A DNA stretch of 64,000 bases from Candidatus Curtissbacteria bacterium. Lineage in GTDB: Bacteria > Patescibacteriota > Microgenomatia > Curtissbacterales > GWA2-41-24. Position 1 is the stretch's first letter, and the number at the start of each line of letters is the position of its first letter. Where the stretch lies: the NCBI GenBank assembly GCA_016183325.1, contig JACPEV010000009.1, forward strand, positions 1,303-65,302, given 5' to 3'. The translations under genes were made by a program, and so were the position numbers. The notes under the pieces are model-generated. The model ran no database searches, was not told the origin of the DNA, and saw nothing but the letters and a program-made list of their open reading frames with translations. Of this stretch, positions 51,565 through 60,642 are shown piece by piece.

Positions 51565-52140
51565 ATGAAAGTAGATCCAAAACGAAAAGAAGTTTTAACA
51601 ATGTTAGGTCTTGGTGTATTTCTTTCCGTAAGCATTATCTTCCCGGGACTACCGTTAATAACTAAAAAAATTCTCGACATCGCGCAAGAAGAAGAAATAA
51701 GGAAAAAGCAAAAAGATTGGGATAAATTCAACTTATGGCGCCTTCGGCAGTTAATAAAAAGGATGCAGGATTCAAAATATATTGAAATCAAAGAAGAAAA
51801 TGGAATTCCAATTATCAAAATAACACAAAAAGGTAAAAACAAGCTCTTGAGTTATGATTTGGAAAAGTTAAAGCTCAATGAAACTAAATGGGATGGTAGA
51901 TGGAGACTGATTATATATGACGTTCAAAAATCAAAAAGGGCAAACAGTGAAACATTCAGAAGAGCATTGTTGAGGTTGAACTTACTAAAATTACAAAAAA
52001 GCGTCTACTTGACACCATTTAAATGCGAGGACGAAATTGAATATCTCAGATTACTTTTTGATATAGGTAAAGAAGTACAAATTTTGACTGTAGGAAGCTT
52101 GGAAAACGAATCTGCCTACAGACGCTACTTCGGAATCTAA
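51565..52140 (+). CDS. PaaX-like wHTH plus Cas2-like domain protein
   Basis: wHTH ending ITQKGK, then WDGRWRLIIYDV...FRRAL...LQKSVYLTP. Confidence 0.85.
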   Translation: MKVDPKRKEVLTMLGLGVFLSVSIIFPGLPLITKKILDIAQEEEIRKKQKDWDKFNLWRLRQLIKRMQDSKYIEIKEENGIPIIKITQKGKNKLLSYDLEKLKLNETKWDGRWRLIIYDVQKSKRANSETFRRALLRLNLLKLQKSVYLTPFKCEDEIEYLRLLFDIGKEVQILTVGSLENESAYRRYFGI

Positions 52141-52141
52141 C

Positions 52142-52177
52142 ACCATCACACTCCGTGATATGTCACAATACGTGATG
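52142..52177. repeat. 36-bp palindromic repeat, right copy
   Basis: ACCATCACACTCCGTGATATGTCACAATACGTGATG; 29/36 identical to the left copy; 1 nt after the stop. Confidence 0.8.
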
Positions 52178-52240
52178 GTATTGTGATTGACGTTTTTCGG
52201 CAATGACGCCCTAGAAGTCACAAGGAAAGTAAATTAAACC

Positions 52241-52702
52241 TTAGTTGTTATTTACCAAACACTTTTCAAACCTTATTTTCTCATCAGCCGTCAATACAGA
52301 AGTATTTTCGGCAACAATCAAATTCTTAATGGAAGTATCTGAGAGCGCATTTTTGACACAGGCAATATTAACTCTTCCCACTCTCGGAATATTTGCTTCA
52401 GTCGGCTGCTGTTTTTCAGCCTGTTGTTGTTCTTGTGCTTGTGGTTGTTGAACTTGTCCATCTTTGATTTGTCCAGTTCCAGCCCCATTTGCACCTAAAA
52501 CTTTGTTAAAAGTGCCGTTTCTAAAGTTTTGAATAACAAAGATGGAAAGTGATCCTCCTAAAAAGATCCAAATTGCCATCGATAAAACCATCATCAAAAC
52601 AAATATTCTCCTGAAAAATGGAAGCAGATTTAGTCTAAAAGAAGTTTTAGATATCGCCTTTAATCTTTTTTGAAATTTTTTTAACAATTTCTCTGCCTTC
52701 AT
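52241..52702 (-). CDS. Single-TM hypothetical protein, paralogue of 54446-54853
   Basis: TM, Q-rich linker, 2-Cys domain. Confidence 0.7.
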   Translation of the reverse strand: MKAEKLLKKFQKRLKAISKTSFRLNLLPFFRRIFVLMMVLSMAIWIFLGGSLSIFVIQNFRNGTFNKVLGANGAGTGQIKDGQVQQPQAQEQQQAEKQQPTEANIPRVGRVNIACVKNALSDTSIKNLIVAENTSVLTADEKIRFEKCLVNNN

Positions 52703-52867
52703 AAAACTCGGGCAGAAGAAAATCTAGGAGTTGCAACACTCTATCAGAAACTATTTCATTCGTCAAATATGCTTGTTTTCCTGATATTTTCAAGAATATT
52801 AGGATAAAATTTATTATGGACAATTAGCCTGAAAGTCACACAGATGATTTAAAGAAAAAGTGCCAAG

Positions 52868-53167
52868 CTAAGTCAAATGGAATGTGAACTGTTGATAAAA
52901 ATCTATCCTTTCATTTTCAACACTATCCGTCTTTCTGTGCATCACATGGACAATCTCGAGATCATTCGGGTTTATTATCAAATCAGCTTCCTCTTTAGCC
53001 TCCCGGCAGATTGCAACGGTTGCCGATTCATCACCATTTAGATGTCCGGAAACCAAAGTATAATTGCCGTCCTCCCATCCCGTATTAAAACGTCTGAGCA
53101 AAAGTATCTTATTATTCCGGGCTAAGATTAAAAATACTGCAGGAATTAATTTAAATCTACTAGGCAT
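52868..53167 (-). pseudogene. NUDIX hydrolase, C-terminally truncated
   Basis: Nudix box GHLNGDESATVAICREAKEEADL; ends shortly after RIDF at 99 aa. Confidence 0.7.
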
Positions 53168-53292
53168 ATAAATGCGGTCGTAATACTTTATAAAGGGAAT
53201 AAGGCATCACTGCCATTTATTAGTTCTTTATAAATATTATCGTTCAGGTCAACCTAAAAAGGAGCACAACCACAGTTCTTATTTATTCAGAA

Positions 53293-53655
53293 TTATATCT
53301 TAATCGCTTTGCCAACAAAATCATCAGGATCTTTACCGGAAATAAAATTTGTGACAAGTTTATCTATTTCCTCATTCGATAATTGAGATTCAATTCCTAA
53401 AATACCTGGTTTTCCTATTTTCACCAATTTCTTAAAATCTTTAAGATTAACCGTCAGGACGAATCTGTTTTCCTCTATTGCTTTCTGGTAAATTTCTTTG
53501 TCCTCAGCTTGAATTGGTAAGTGGCAATCATGAACAGAATGAGAAACGTTTGCCTTTTTTGAAAGTTTTGGAAATTGCCCAGGTTTTGCAAAAGCCGAAT
53601 CTAATAGAATTCTGAATTTTCTTGGGTGCCTTTTGGGGGTTTTATTTCTGCGCAA
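53293..53655 (-). CDS. DUF5615-like PIN domain toxin
   Basis: RILLDS...DKEIYQKAIEENRFVLTVNLKDF...GIL; downstream of DUF433. Confidence 0.8.
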   Translation of the reverse strand: MRRNKTPKRHPRKFRILLDSAFAKPGQFPKLSKKANVSHSVHDCHLPIQAEDKEIYQKAIEENRFVLTVNLKDFKKLVKIGKPGILGIESQLSNEEIDKLVTNFISGKDPDDFVGKAIKI

Positions 53656-53851
53656 GTTGCTTTTGGTAATAAGTAAAGATCGTCAGCAAATCTTTTTTAG
53701 TTAGATCGAGATATGGGTAGTCTTCCTTGAAGTCTTTTATTTTGTATCCCTGAACATAAAGCGCCACAATACGCGCAATAGGAATCCTTGTCCCCTTAAT
53801 TACCGGTTGTCCTCCTAAAATTCTTGGATTAGTCTGAATAATGTCTGGCAT
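53642..53851 (-). CDS. DUF433 antitoxin
   Basis: NPRILGGQPVIKGTRIPI...DYPYL; start set at 53851. Confidence 0.88.
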   Translation of the reverse strand: MPDIIQTNPRILGGQPVIKGTRIPIARIVALYVQGYKIKDFKEDYPYLDLTKKDLLTIFTYYQKQLAQK

Positions 53852-54046
53852 AGTAATATTATACACGCAACTTGCAACCATCTGCTGGCCGACTTTTTCG
53901 GATTTTTCTAAAGCTGATAATTTTTGTCTTCTGAGGCAGCCGTTATCAGTTCTCTGGTTTTGGCTACCCGGCTCAGTGGGCAATTGTCAAAAATAAAAGA
54001 GAAATATATCAGATTGTTCTGAAAACAAAGCTGATATAATTAACCC

Positions 54047-54460
54047 ATGGCAAATTCGCAAAAACCAAACGTCGAAGAGCTCAAGAACAAGCTCACGCCC
54101 GAGCAATATAACATTTGTTTCTTAAAAGGCACGGAGCCTCCGTTTAGCGGAAAGTACACTGACAACTTTGACAAAGGCATATATCACTGCGTCGTTTGCG
54201 ACACGCCGCTTTTCTACTCGACTGCCAAATTCCACTCCGATTCCGGCTGGCCAAGCTTTGATCGACCCATCGACAAAAAAAACATTAAATACGAAAAAGA
54301 CTCAAGTCTTGGCATGGAAAGGACCGAAATTATCTGCAAAACTTGTGGCGCACATTTGGGCCATGTTTTTGACGATGGCCCAACCGCAACGAAAAAAAGA
54401 TATTGCATCAATTCCCTGGCACTGGACTTTAGAGAAGAAAATTTATTAGCTAGAGGGTGA
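54047..54460 (+). CDS. msrB: Peptide methionine sulfoxide reductase MsrB
   Basis: GTEPPFSG, CVVC, SGWPSF, CKTCGAHLGHVFDDGP, RYCINS. Confidence 0.97.
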   Translation: MANSQKPNVEELKNKLTPEQYNICFLKGTEPPFSGKYTDNFDKGIYHCVVCDTPLFYSTAKFHSDSGWPSFDRPIDKKNIKYEKDSSLGMERTEIICKTCGAHLGHVFDDGPTATKKRYCINSLALDFREENLLARG

Positions 54461-54853
54461 AGGGCTTGCGGCTTTTTCCAAGATACAAGGCTCAAGCTTT
54501 GCTTTTTCCTCGTCAGTCAAAGAATTCGTGCTACCCTCTTGAACCATTTTTTGTATCGAATCGGAACTCAAAGCGCTTTGAACACAATCAACTTTTACCT
54601 TGCCAATTCCCGACAAATTTACCTCAGATGGCACTTGTTGTGAGACCGCTTGTTGTTGGGGACCAGTTGAGTTGAAAATTTCTTGATATGCGCCCTGGCG
54701 CAAATTTGCATAGATAGAAAGCAAAACGAAAATGCCAACGACGATCCAGATTAAATGAAATATCAATGACAAAAATCTATCGACTGCCCAAAGTAACGGT
54801 TTTTTATGCGGCGCTGGTTCTGACACAATTTCTTTAACTGTATTTCTTGCCAT
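54446..54853 (-). CDS. Single-TM hypothetical protein, paralogue of 52241-52702
   Basis: TM, Q-rich linker, 2-Cys domain. Confidence 0.7.
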   Translation of the reverse strand: MARNTVKEIVSEPAPHKKPLLWAVDRFLSLIFHLIWIVVGIFVLLSIYANLRQGAYQEIFNSTGPQQQAVSQQVPSEVNLSGIGKVKVDCVQSALSSDSIQKMVQEGSTNSLTDEEKAKLEPCILEKAASPSPSS

Positions 54854-54910
54854 ATTCCTGAAAGCCTAAACTATTAAAGAATTAAAATCAAGTCCCAAAT
54901 TTCCAGAAAT

Positions 54911-55348
54911 TTACAAAATATAGGGGATGAATTTTTTGGTTTTATTTTTATAATCCGCATATTCCGGATGCTTGGCGATCAACATTACCTCTTCCATGTC
55001 TGCCTTTAGATTTAAAACATAAATCAAAAATAACCAGATCAAAAACGATTCTAATCTCAACTGAGAAAGCACCAATCCCAGCCCCATCACAACCATCCCC
55101 GTATACATTGGATGACGCACGTATCTATACAAACCCTTTTGTTGGAAAGTTCGGCCTTCTCTCGGTTCCGGGTAAGGAGAATATGACTTAATACCGATAT
55201 TAAAAAATCCGGCCACTAAAATCCCGGCTCCCAAACCAAAAATCAAAGACAGTACTAGATCTTTGGCAATATTGCCTAAATCTCCCAGAAAGAAAAGCAA
55301 CCCCAAAAATATTACCTGAAGATAGATAATCCAACGATTATCGTGCAT
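54911..55348 (-). CDS. Isoprenylcysteine carboxyl methyltransferase / PEMT family
   Basis: GLYRYVRHPMY, EE...YADYK..TKKFIP. Confidence 0.9.
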   Translation of the reverse strand: MHDNRWIIYLQVIFLGLLFFLGDLGNIAKDLVLSLIFGLGAGILVAGFFNIGIKSYSPYPEPREGRTFQQKGLYRYVRHPMYTGMVVMGLGLVLSQLRLESFLIWLFLIYVLNLKADMEEVMLIAKHPEYADYKNKTKKFIPYIL

Positions 55349-55392
55349 TTGTCTCCTAGAAAAACAATATCACAGGAATTTGCCCATAACAA

Positions 55393-55506
55393 GTAACTGT
55401 TCACCGTTACTGACACAACGCATATTGTTCGAGGCTGAAAGCCGAGAACTAAACTTCTCGCTCACGCTCGAAGAGTAATAACGTGTCAGCGATTGTGAAC
55501 TCTTAC
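55393..55506. mobile_element. 114-bp MITE, copy 2
   Basis: Identical to 29079-29192; flanked by 8-bp duplication CATAACAA. Confidence 0.9.
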
Positions 55507-55557
55507 CATAACAACTCAAACTTTGCAATTTGGCGAAAATGTGTTTAAAATACGTCA

Positions 55558-56571
55558 ATGGCGGGCCGTTTAAGCTACAAAATAGCAACATTAGGTTCGC
55601 ACTCCGCGCTCCAAATCTTAAAAGGCGCCAAGGATGAGGGGTTCCAAACTCTCCTTGTCGCGACTCCAGGCCGTCTTTCTCTCTATAAACGCTTCAAATT
55701 TATAGACAAAATTATTCAGATCTCCTCTTATTCAGATTTCCCAAAAATCGAAAAACAACTCATTGCCGAAAACGCGGTCATTGTTCCACACGGCTCATTT
55801 GTTGCATATTTAGGCATCGATGAAAATAAAAAAATAAATGTTCCCTATTTTGGTAATAAAGCTGTTTTGGATTGGGAATCGGACAGACTTAAACAACGCT
55901 ATTGGTTAGAAAGTGCCAATGTCCCCGTTCCCCGAAGATTTACTCACCCCAGCGATATAGATGTTCCTGTCTTGGTTAAGTCTTACGGCGCTGCCGGTGG
56001 CCATGGTTATTTTTTCGCCAAAAATAAAGGAGAGTTTAAACAAAAAATCAAAAGTTTTAAAGCCAAAAATTACATCATTCAGGAATATGTCATTGGTGTT
56101 TCAGCTTACATCCATTACTTTTACTCTCCACTAACACAAAAACTTGAAATTCTCTCAATCGATAGGCGTTATGAAACCAATGTCGACTCTCTCGGCAGGA
56201 TTCCTTCTCACAATCAGCAAGGGCTTGGCATTGAACCTTCTTTTGTAGTTGTCGGCAATAGCCCGCTGGTTCTGCGCGAATCACTTTTGGTTGATGCTTT
56301 TGAAATGGGTGAGCGTACGATTGCTGCCTCCAAAAAATTAATGAAAGGTGGACTTTGGGGACCGTTTTGTCTTGAGGCCATAATTACCCCAGCTCAAGAA
56401 TTTTTCGTCATCGAAATTTCCTGCCGCATTGTTGCCGGCACAAACTTATTCATCAACGGTTCACCATACTCCTCACTATACTGGGACAAAGAAGTTTCCA
56501 CCGGTCGAAGAATCGCTATGGAAATTAAAGATGCGATAAAGAAACGGTTACTGAGTAAAATTTTAAATTAG
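55558..56571 (+). CDS. purP: Archaeal-type FAICAR synthetase PurP (ATP-grasp)
   Basis: IATLGSHSALQILKGAKDEGF, VPHGSFVAY, DRRYETNVD, LRESLL, GPFCLE, RIVAGTN. Confidence 0.9.
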   Translation: MAGRLSYKIATLGSHSALQILKGAKDEGFQTLLVATPGRLSLYKRFKFIDKIIQISSYSDFPKIEKQLIAENAVIVPHGSFVAYLGIDENKKINVPYFGNKAVLDWESDRLKQRYWLESANVPVPRRFTHPSDIDVPVLVKSYGAAGGHGYFFAKNKGEFKQKIKSFKAKNYIIQEYVIGVSAYIHYFYSPLTQKLEILSIDRRYETNVDSLGRIPSHNQQGLGIEPSFVVVGNSPLVLRESLLVDAFEMGERTIAASKKLMKGGLWGPFCLEAIITPAQEFFVIEISCRIVAGTNLFINGSPYSSLYWDKEVSTGRRIAMEIKDAIKKRLLSKILN

Positions 56572-56646
56572 CGGTAAGTTCTCACTGGCGTTCGAACAAT
56601 AACCTGCTAGTTATTCTTCGAAAGAGAGAAGTTACACAACAAATCT

Positions 56647-57927
56647 ATGGCCAGTAAAAGTTTGAAAAATTGGCAGGGCATAGCTTGTGTCATCGGTTTA
56701 GATTTTGGTGATTCAGGTAAAGGTCGGCTTATTGACGATCTTGCCCAAAATGCCCATATTGTTGCCAGATTTAACGGTGGGTCAAACGCCGGCCATACCG
56801 TAAGAAATCAATTTGGCGCGTTCGCCCTGCACATGATTCCTTCAGGAATCTTTAACCAGAAAGCGACTTGCATCATTGGCAGGGGAGTCGCAGTCGATCT
56901 TGAATCTCTCATTGACGATGAATTTCAACAGTTGAAAAAAGTGGGCGTTTCCTGGAAAAATTTAATCATTGACGATCAGGCAACTTTAACTATGCCCTGG
57001 CATAAGCTAAAGGATGGAATTCGCGAAAATTACCGAAAAACAAAAATCGGAACGGTTGGTAAGGGCATTGGACCAACTTATGCCGATAGAGTCGAAAGAT
57101 CAGGATTGCGAGTTTACGATTTGATTGCCAAAGATTTCAGAGAAAAACTGGCAGATGAGTTATCGTTTCAAAATAAATTTTTTAACTTAAAATTAAAATT
57201 TGAAAATATATTTAGTCAGTACGCAAAATATGCCACCATCATCAAATCCCATGTAGCAACTACTATTCCCGTCATTAAGAAAGCTAAAAAAGATGGCAAA
57301 AATATTTTATTTGAAGGAGCCCAAGGGTACTTTTTAGACATTGATTCGGGTACTTATCCGTATGTTACATCATCTAGTACCGGGGTTTTAGGCATTTGGC
57401 GATCTTTTGATATTCACCCCTTCGACATCAATCAAGTCGTAGGAATTACCAAAGCTTATTTGACAAGAGTAGGAGCAGGCCCGATGCCCACAAAAATCAA
57501 CTCTCACGAGAAAGAAACCATCATCGAAAAAGGCACGGAATTTGGAACAACCTCCGGCAGGGTAAGGGATCCGGGCTGGTTGGATTTGGTATTAATAAAG
57601 CATGCAGTCGCCGCCAATAAAGTAAACAGTCTTGCCCTAACGAAACTAGATATTTTATCCGGCTTTAAGAATATAAAAATTTGCATCGGCTACAAAATTG
57701 CAAGTCAAGTTGCCAATTATGTATCAGGCGATGCAACTTCACTTGAAAAGTGCCAGCCCCAATATGAAGTGCTTCCAGGATGGCGCCAAGATATTTCAAA
57801 AGCTAGAAATTTTAAAGACCTTCCAAAAAATGCCAAGAACTATATAAAATTTATTGAAAAATTTACGCAAGTACCGGTCAATATTATTGGAGTCGGGCCA
57901 GAAAGGGAGCAAGCAATTTATGTCTAA
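56647..57927 (+). CDS. purA: Adenylosuccinate synthetase
   Basis: GDSGKG, GGSNAGHT, GIGPTY, EGAQG, GTYPYVTSS, EFGTTSGR. Confidence 0.97.
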   Translation: MASKSLKNWQGIACVIGLDFGDSGKGRLIDDLAQNAHIVARFNGGSNAGHTVRNQFGAFALHMIPSGIFNQKATCIIGRGVAVDLESLIDDEFQQLKKVGVSWKNLIIDDQATLTMPWHKLKDGIRENYRKTKIGTVGKGIGPTYADRVERSGLRVYDLIAKDFREKLADELSFQNKFFNLKLKFENIFSQYAKYATIIKSHVATTIPVIKKAKKDGKNILFEGAQGYFLDIDSGTYPYVTSSSTGVLGIWRSFDIHPFDINQVVGITKAYLTRVGAGPMPTKINSHEKETIIEKGTEFGTTSGRVRDPGWLDLVLIKHAVAANKVNSLALTKLDILSGFKNIKICIGYKIASQVANYVSGDATSLEKCQPQYEVLPGWRQDISKARNFKDLPKNAKNYIKFIEKFTQVPVNIIGVGPEREQAIYV

Positions 57928-59194
57928 AATGTACAAAACGCAAAATTATTCTTCGAGCGAATCCGCCAACTGGCGGAGAAGTCGAGAAACTACCTCTGAA
58001 AATATAATAAATTTTAAGGTAAGTTCTCGACCTGCCCCGTACCGTATGGTAACGGGGCAAGCTCGAACAATAACGGTAGCTGTTTTGGGGAGCCACTCTG
58101 CTCTAGATGTCTGCCGAGGTGCCAAGGACGAGGGTTTAAAGACTTTAGTCATCGCAGAATATGGGCGCGACAAAACTTACGCAGAGTATTTTAAAACTAG
58201 AAGTCCTTCGACAAGCTCAGGACGATCTTCGATCGGTTGCGTTGATGAAGTTTTGTATGTTGATAAATTTAAAGATATTCTTTTGCCAAAAATTCAGAAG
58301 ATCTTAAAATCAAAAAATAGCATTTTCATCCCCCATCGTTCCTTTGAAGTCTATATCAACGATTATGACGCCATCGAAAACGACTTTAAAATTCCCATAT
58401 TTGGAAATCGTAAACTTCTGAGAATAGAAGAAAGGTCCGAAAAACCAAATCAATATGACCTTTTGAAACAAACCGGTATTAAGTACCCAAAAACATTTAA
58501 AGATCCAAAAGATATTGATACTATTGTTATTGTTAAAGTAAACGAAAAAGAAAGAAAGTACGAAAGAGCCTTTTTCCTTGCAAGCACTCGCAAGCAGTAT
58601 CAGTCCGAGTCAGAAAGGTTAATTAAAGCAGGAGTTATTACTAAAAAAGATCTGAATGCCGCAATAATTGAAGAATTTATTTTAGGAGTCCAAGTTAATT
58701 TCAACTTCTTCTATTCTCCAATTAGTCGTCGACTCGAATTAGTTGGAACAGATACCAGAAGACAAACTGATATAGAAGGAATTTTAAGATTGCCTGTTGA
58801 CAGACAAAAGGAAATTCTTGAAATGAAGACTAGAGCTGGAAATAAAAAAATCAATCCTCAGTGGGAAGAAGCGGGGCACATTGCTGTCACTACTTTGGAA
58901 TCCTTACTTGAGCCTGCTTTCGAAATCGGAGAAAAGTTTATCAAAGCGGCCCGACAGATGGTTCCACCCGGCGTCATCGGTCCATTCAGTCTGCAATCAG
59001 TCATCACTCCCGGCCCGCCTAAAAAGGAAATTGTTGTTTTTGATGTTTCTCCAAGAGTGCCCGGCTCCCCAGGTATATCAAGCACTCCCTACAGCGCTTA
59101 TTTGTGGGGTCAATCCGTCAGCATGGGTCGTCGAGTTGCCATGGAAATTAAAAATGCAATCTTTAGAAAAAAACTGAATAAAATATTGACTTAA
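57920..59194 (+). CDS. Second PurP-like ATP-grasp paralogue with palindromic insertions
   Basis: VLGSHSALDVCRGAKDEG, IPHRSF, ERAFF, GTDTRRQT, GPFSLQ, DVSPRVPGSPG; start uncertain. Confidence 0.85.
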   Translation: MSKMYKTQNYSSSESANWRRSRETTSENIINFKVSSRPAPYRMVTGQARTITVAVLGSHSALDVCRGAKDEGLKTLVIAEYGRDKTYAEYFKTRSPSTSSGRSSIGCVDEVLYVDKFKDILLPKIQKILKSKNSIFIPHRSFEVYINDYDAIENDFKIPIFGNRKLLRIEERSEKPNQYDLLKQTGIKYPKTFKDPKDIDTIVIVKVNEKERKYERAFFLASTRKQYQSESERLIKAGVITKKDLNAAIIEEFILGVQVNFNFFYSPISRRLELVGTDTRRQTDIEGILRLPVDRQKEILEMKTRAGNKKINPQWEEAGHIAVTTLESLLEPAFEIGEKFIKAARQMVPPGVIGPFSLQSVITPGPPKKEIVVFDVSPRVPGSPGISSTPYSAYLWGQSVSMGRRVAMEIKNAIFRKKLNKILT

Positions 59195-59247
59195 AATATC
59201 ACATTTTTCGCCATGGCGGTTTTTATGATGAAATTATATTTAAATTT

Positions 59248-60642
59248 ATGAATCAAAAGATCAATTTTGGAACTTACCAATCACCATTTTCCTGGCGTTA
59301 TGGTTCAGATGAGATGCGATCACTATTCTCCGAGGTAAATCGCCGCAAAACTTGGCGCAAAGTCTGGGTAGCTCTCGCCCGCGCCCAATCAAAATTTGGT
59401 CTAGTTACAGGCCGCCAACTCCAAGATCTTATCAAAAACCAGAACAATATAGACATTCAAAAGGCACACGAGATAGAAGCAAGAATCAAGCACGATCTAA
59501 TGGCAGAAATTAAAACCTATGCCGCTCAATCTGGTGCAGCCGGAGCCAAGATTCATCTCGGCGCCACCTCTGCCGATATTGAAGATAATGCCGATGTTAT
59601 TAATTTCCGAATATCGCTGGCAATTATAGAAAAAAAATTAAAAGATTTACTTCGCGAATTTTCCCAAAAAATTGACGAAAATAAAAACCTTGTTTGCATG
59701 GCCTATACTCATTTGCAGCCAGCCGAACCGACCACTCTGGGATACCGTTTTTGTCTTTATGCTCAAGATCTGCTTTTAGATCTGAAATTATTGTCGTATA
59801 TCAGAAGTCAAATGAAAGGTAAAGGCATCAAAGGCGCGGTTGGAACATCTGCAAGTTACGTTTCTCTACTGGGTCAAAAAGCCAAAGACATGGAAAGAAT
59901 GGTCCTCAAAGAATTGCAAATAGAAGCTTTTGATGTTACCGGCCAGGTTTACCCAAGAAAAATCGACTACCTAATTTTAACGGCTCTTGCCAGCATTGCA
60001 CAAAGTCTTTATAAATTTGCTTTTGACCTTCGAATCATGCAATCCCCGGGTTTTGGCGAGCTCCAAGAACCATTTGGGGCTAGTCAAGTCGGTTCTTCTG
60101 CCATGCCGCATAAAAGAAATCCCCAAACTTCAGAGCGAATTTGTTCAATTAGCCGTTTCGTCAATTCATTAACTCATGTTGCTTGGGAGAACGCCGCCAA
60201 CTCGCTACTTGAAAGGACCTTAGATGATTCAGCCAGTCGCAGAATTATTATTCCACAGGCATTTTTGGCAACTGATGAAATTCTGGCTCATATGATTTTA
60301 ATTGTTAGAGATCTAAAAATTAACAAAAGAAACGTTCAAAGAAACTTGGAAATCTATGGACCTTTCGCTGGCAGCGAAAATATTATGATGCAATCAGTTA
60401 AAAACGGAGCCGATCGGCAAGAAATCCACGAAGCAATTCGACAAGTTTCCATGAAAGCTTGGGAAAAAGTAGGAGAAGGACACGCTAACCCCTTGGTAGA
60501 CTTGCTTAAACGCAATAAAATGATAACTAAATTTGTTAATCCCGACCAAATTGCCCAACTTATTAATCCTGCCAAACATATTGGATTTGCTAAAGATAAG
60601 TGCCTCTCATTTCTTAAGGAACTAAATAAACAATTACTATGA
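59248..60642 (+). CDS. purB: Adenylosuccinate lyase
   Basis: HDLMAE, IHLGATS, YTHLQPAEPTT, GSSAMPHKRNP. Confidence 0.96.
   Translation: MNQKINFGTYQSPFSWRYGSDEMRSLFSEVNRRKTWRKVWVALARAQSKFGLVTGRQLQDLIKNQNNIDIQKAHEIEARIKHDLMAEIKTYAAQSGAAGAKIHLGATSADIEDNADVINFRISLAIIEKKLKDLLREFSQKIDENKNLVCMAYTHLQPAEPTTLGYRFCLYAQDLLLDLKLLSYIRSQMKGKGIKGAVGTSASYVSLLGQKAKDMERMVLKELQIEAFDVTGQVYPRKIDYLILTALASIAQSLYKFAFDLRIMQSPGFGELQEPFGASQVGSSAMPHKRNPQTSERICSISRFVNSLTHVAWENAANSLLERTLDDSASRRIIIPQAFLATDEILAHMILIVRDLKINKRNVQRNLEIYGPFAGSENIMMQSVKNGADRQEIHEAIRQVSMKAWEKVGEGHANPLVDLLKRNKMITKFVNPDQIAQLINPAKHIGFAKDKCLSFLKELNKQLL

Noticed and set aside
51505-52177. 36-bp repeats plus Cas2-like protein read as a CRISPR locus
   Set aside because: Only two diverged repeats about 600 bp apart with a gene between them; no spacers and no cas1
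55370-55591. 73-aa ORF across the MITE
   Set aside because: Chance frame through non-coding repeat; no transposase motifs
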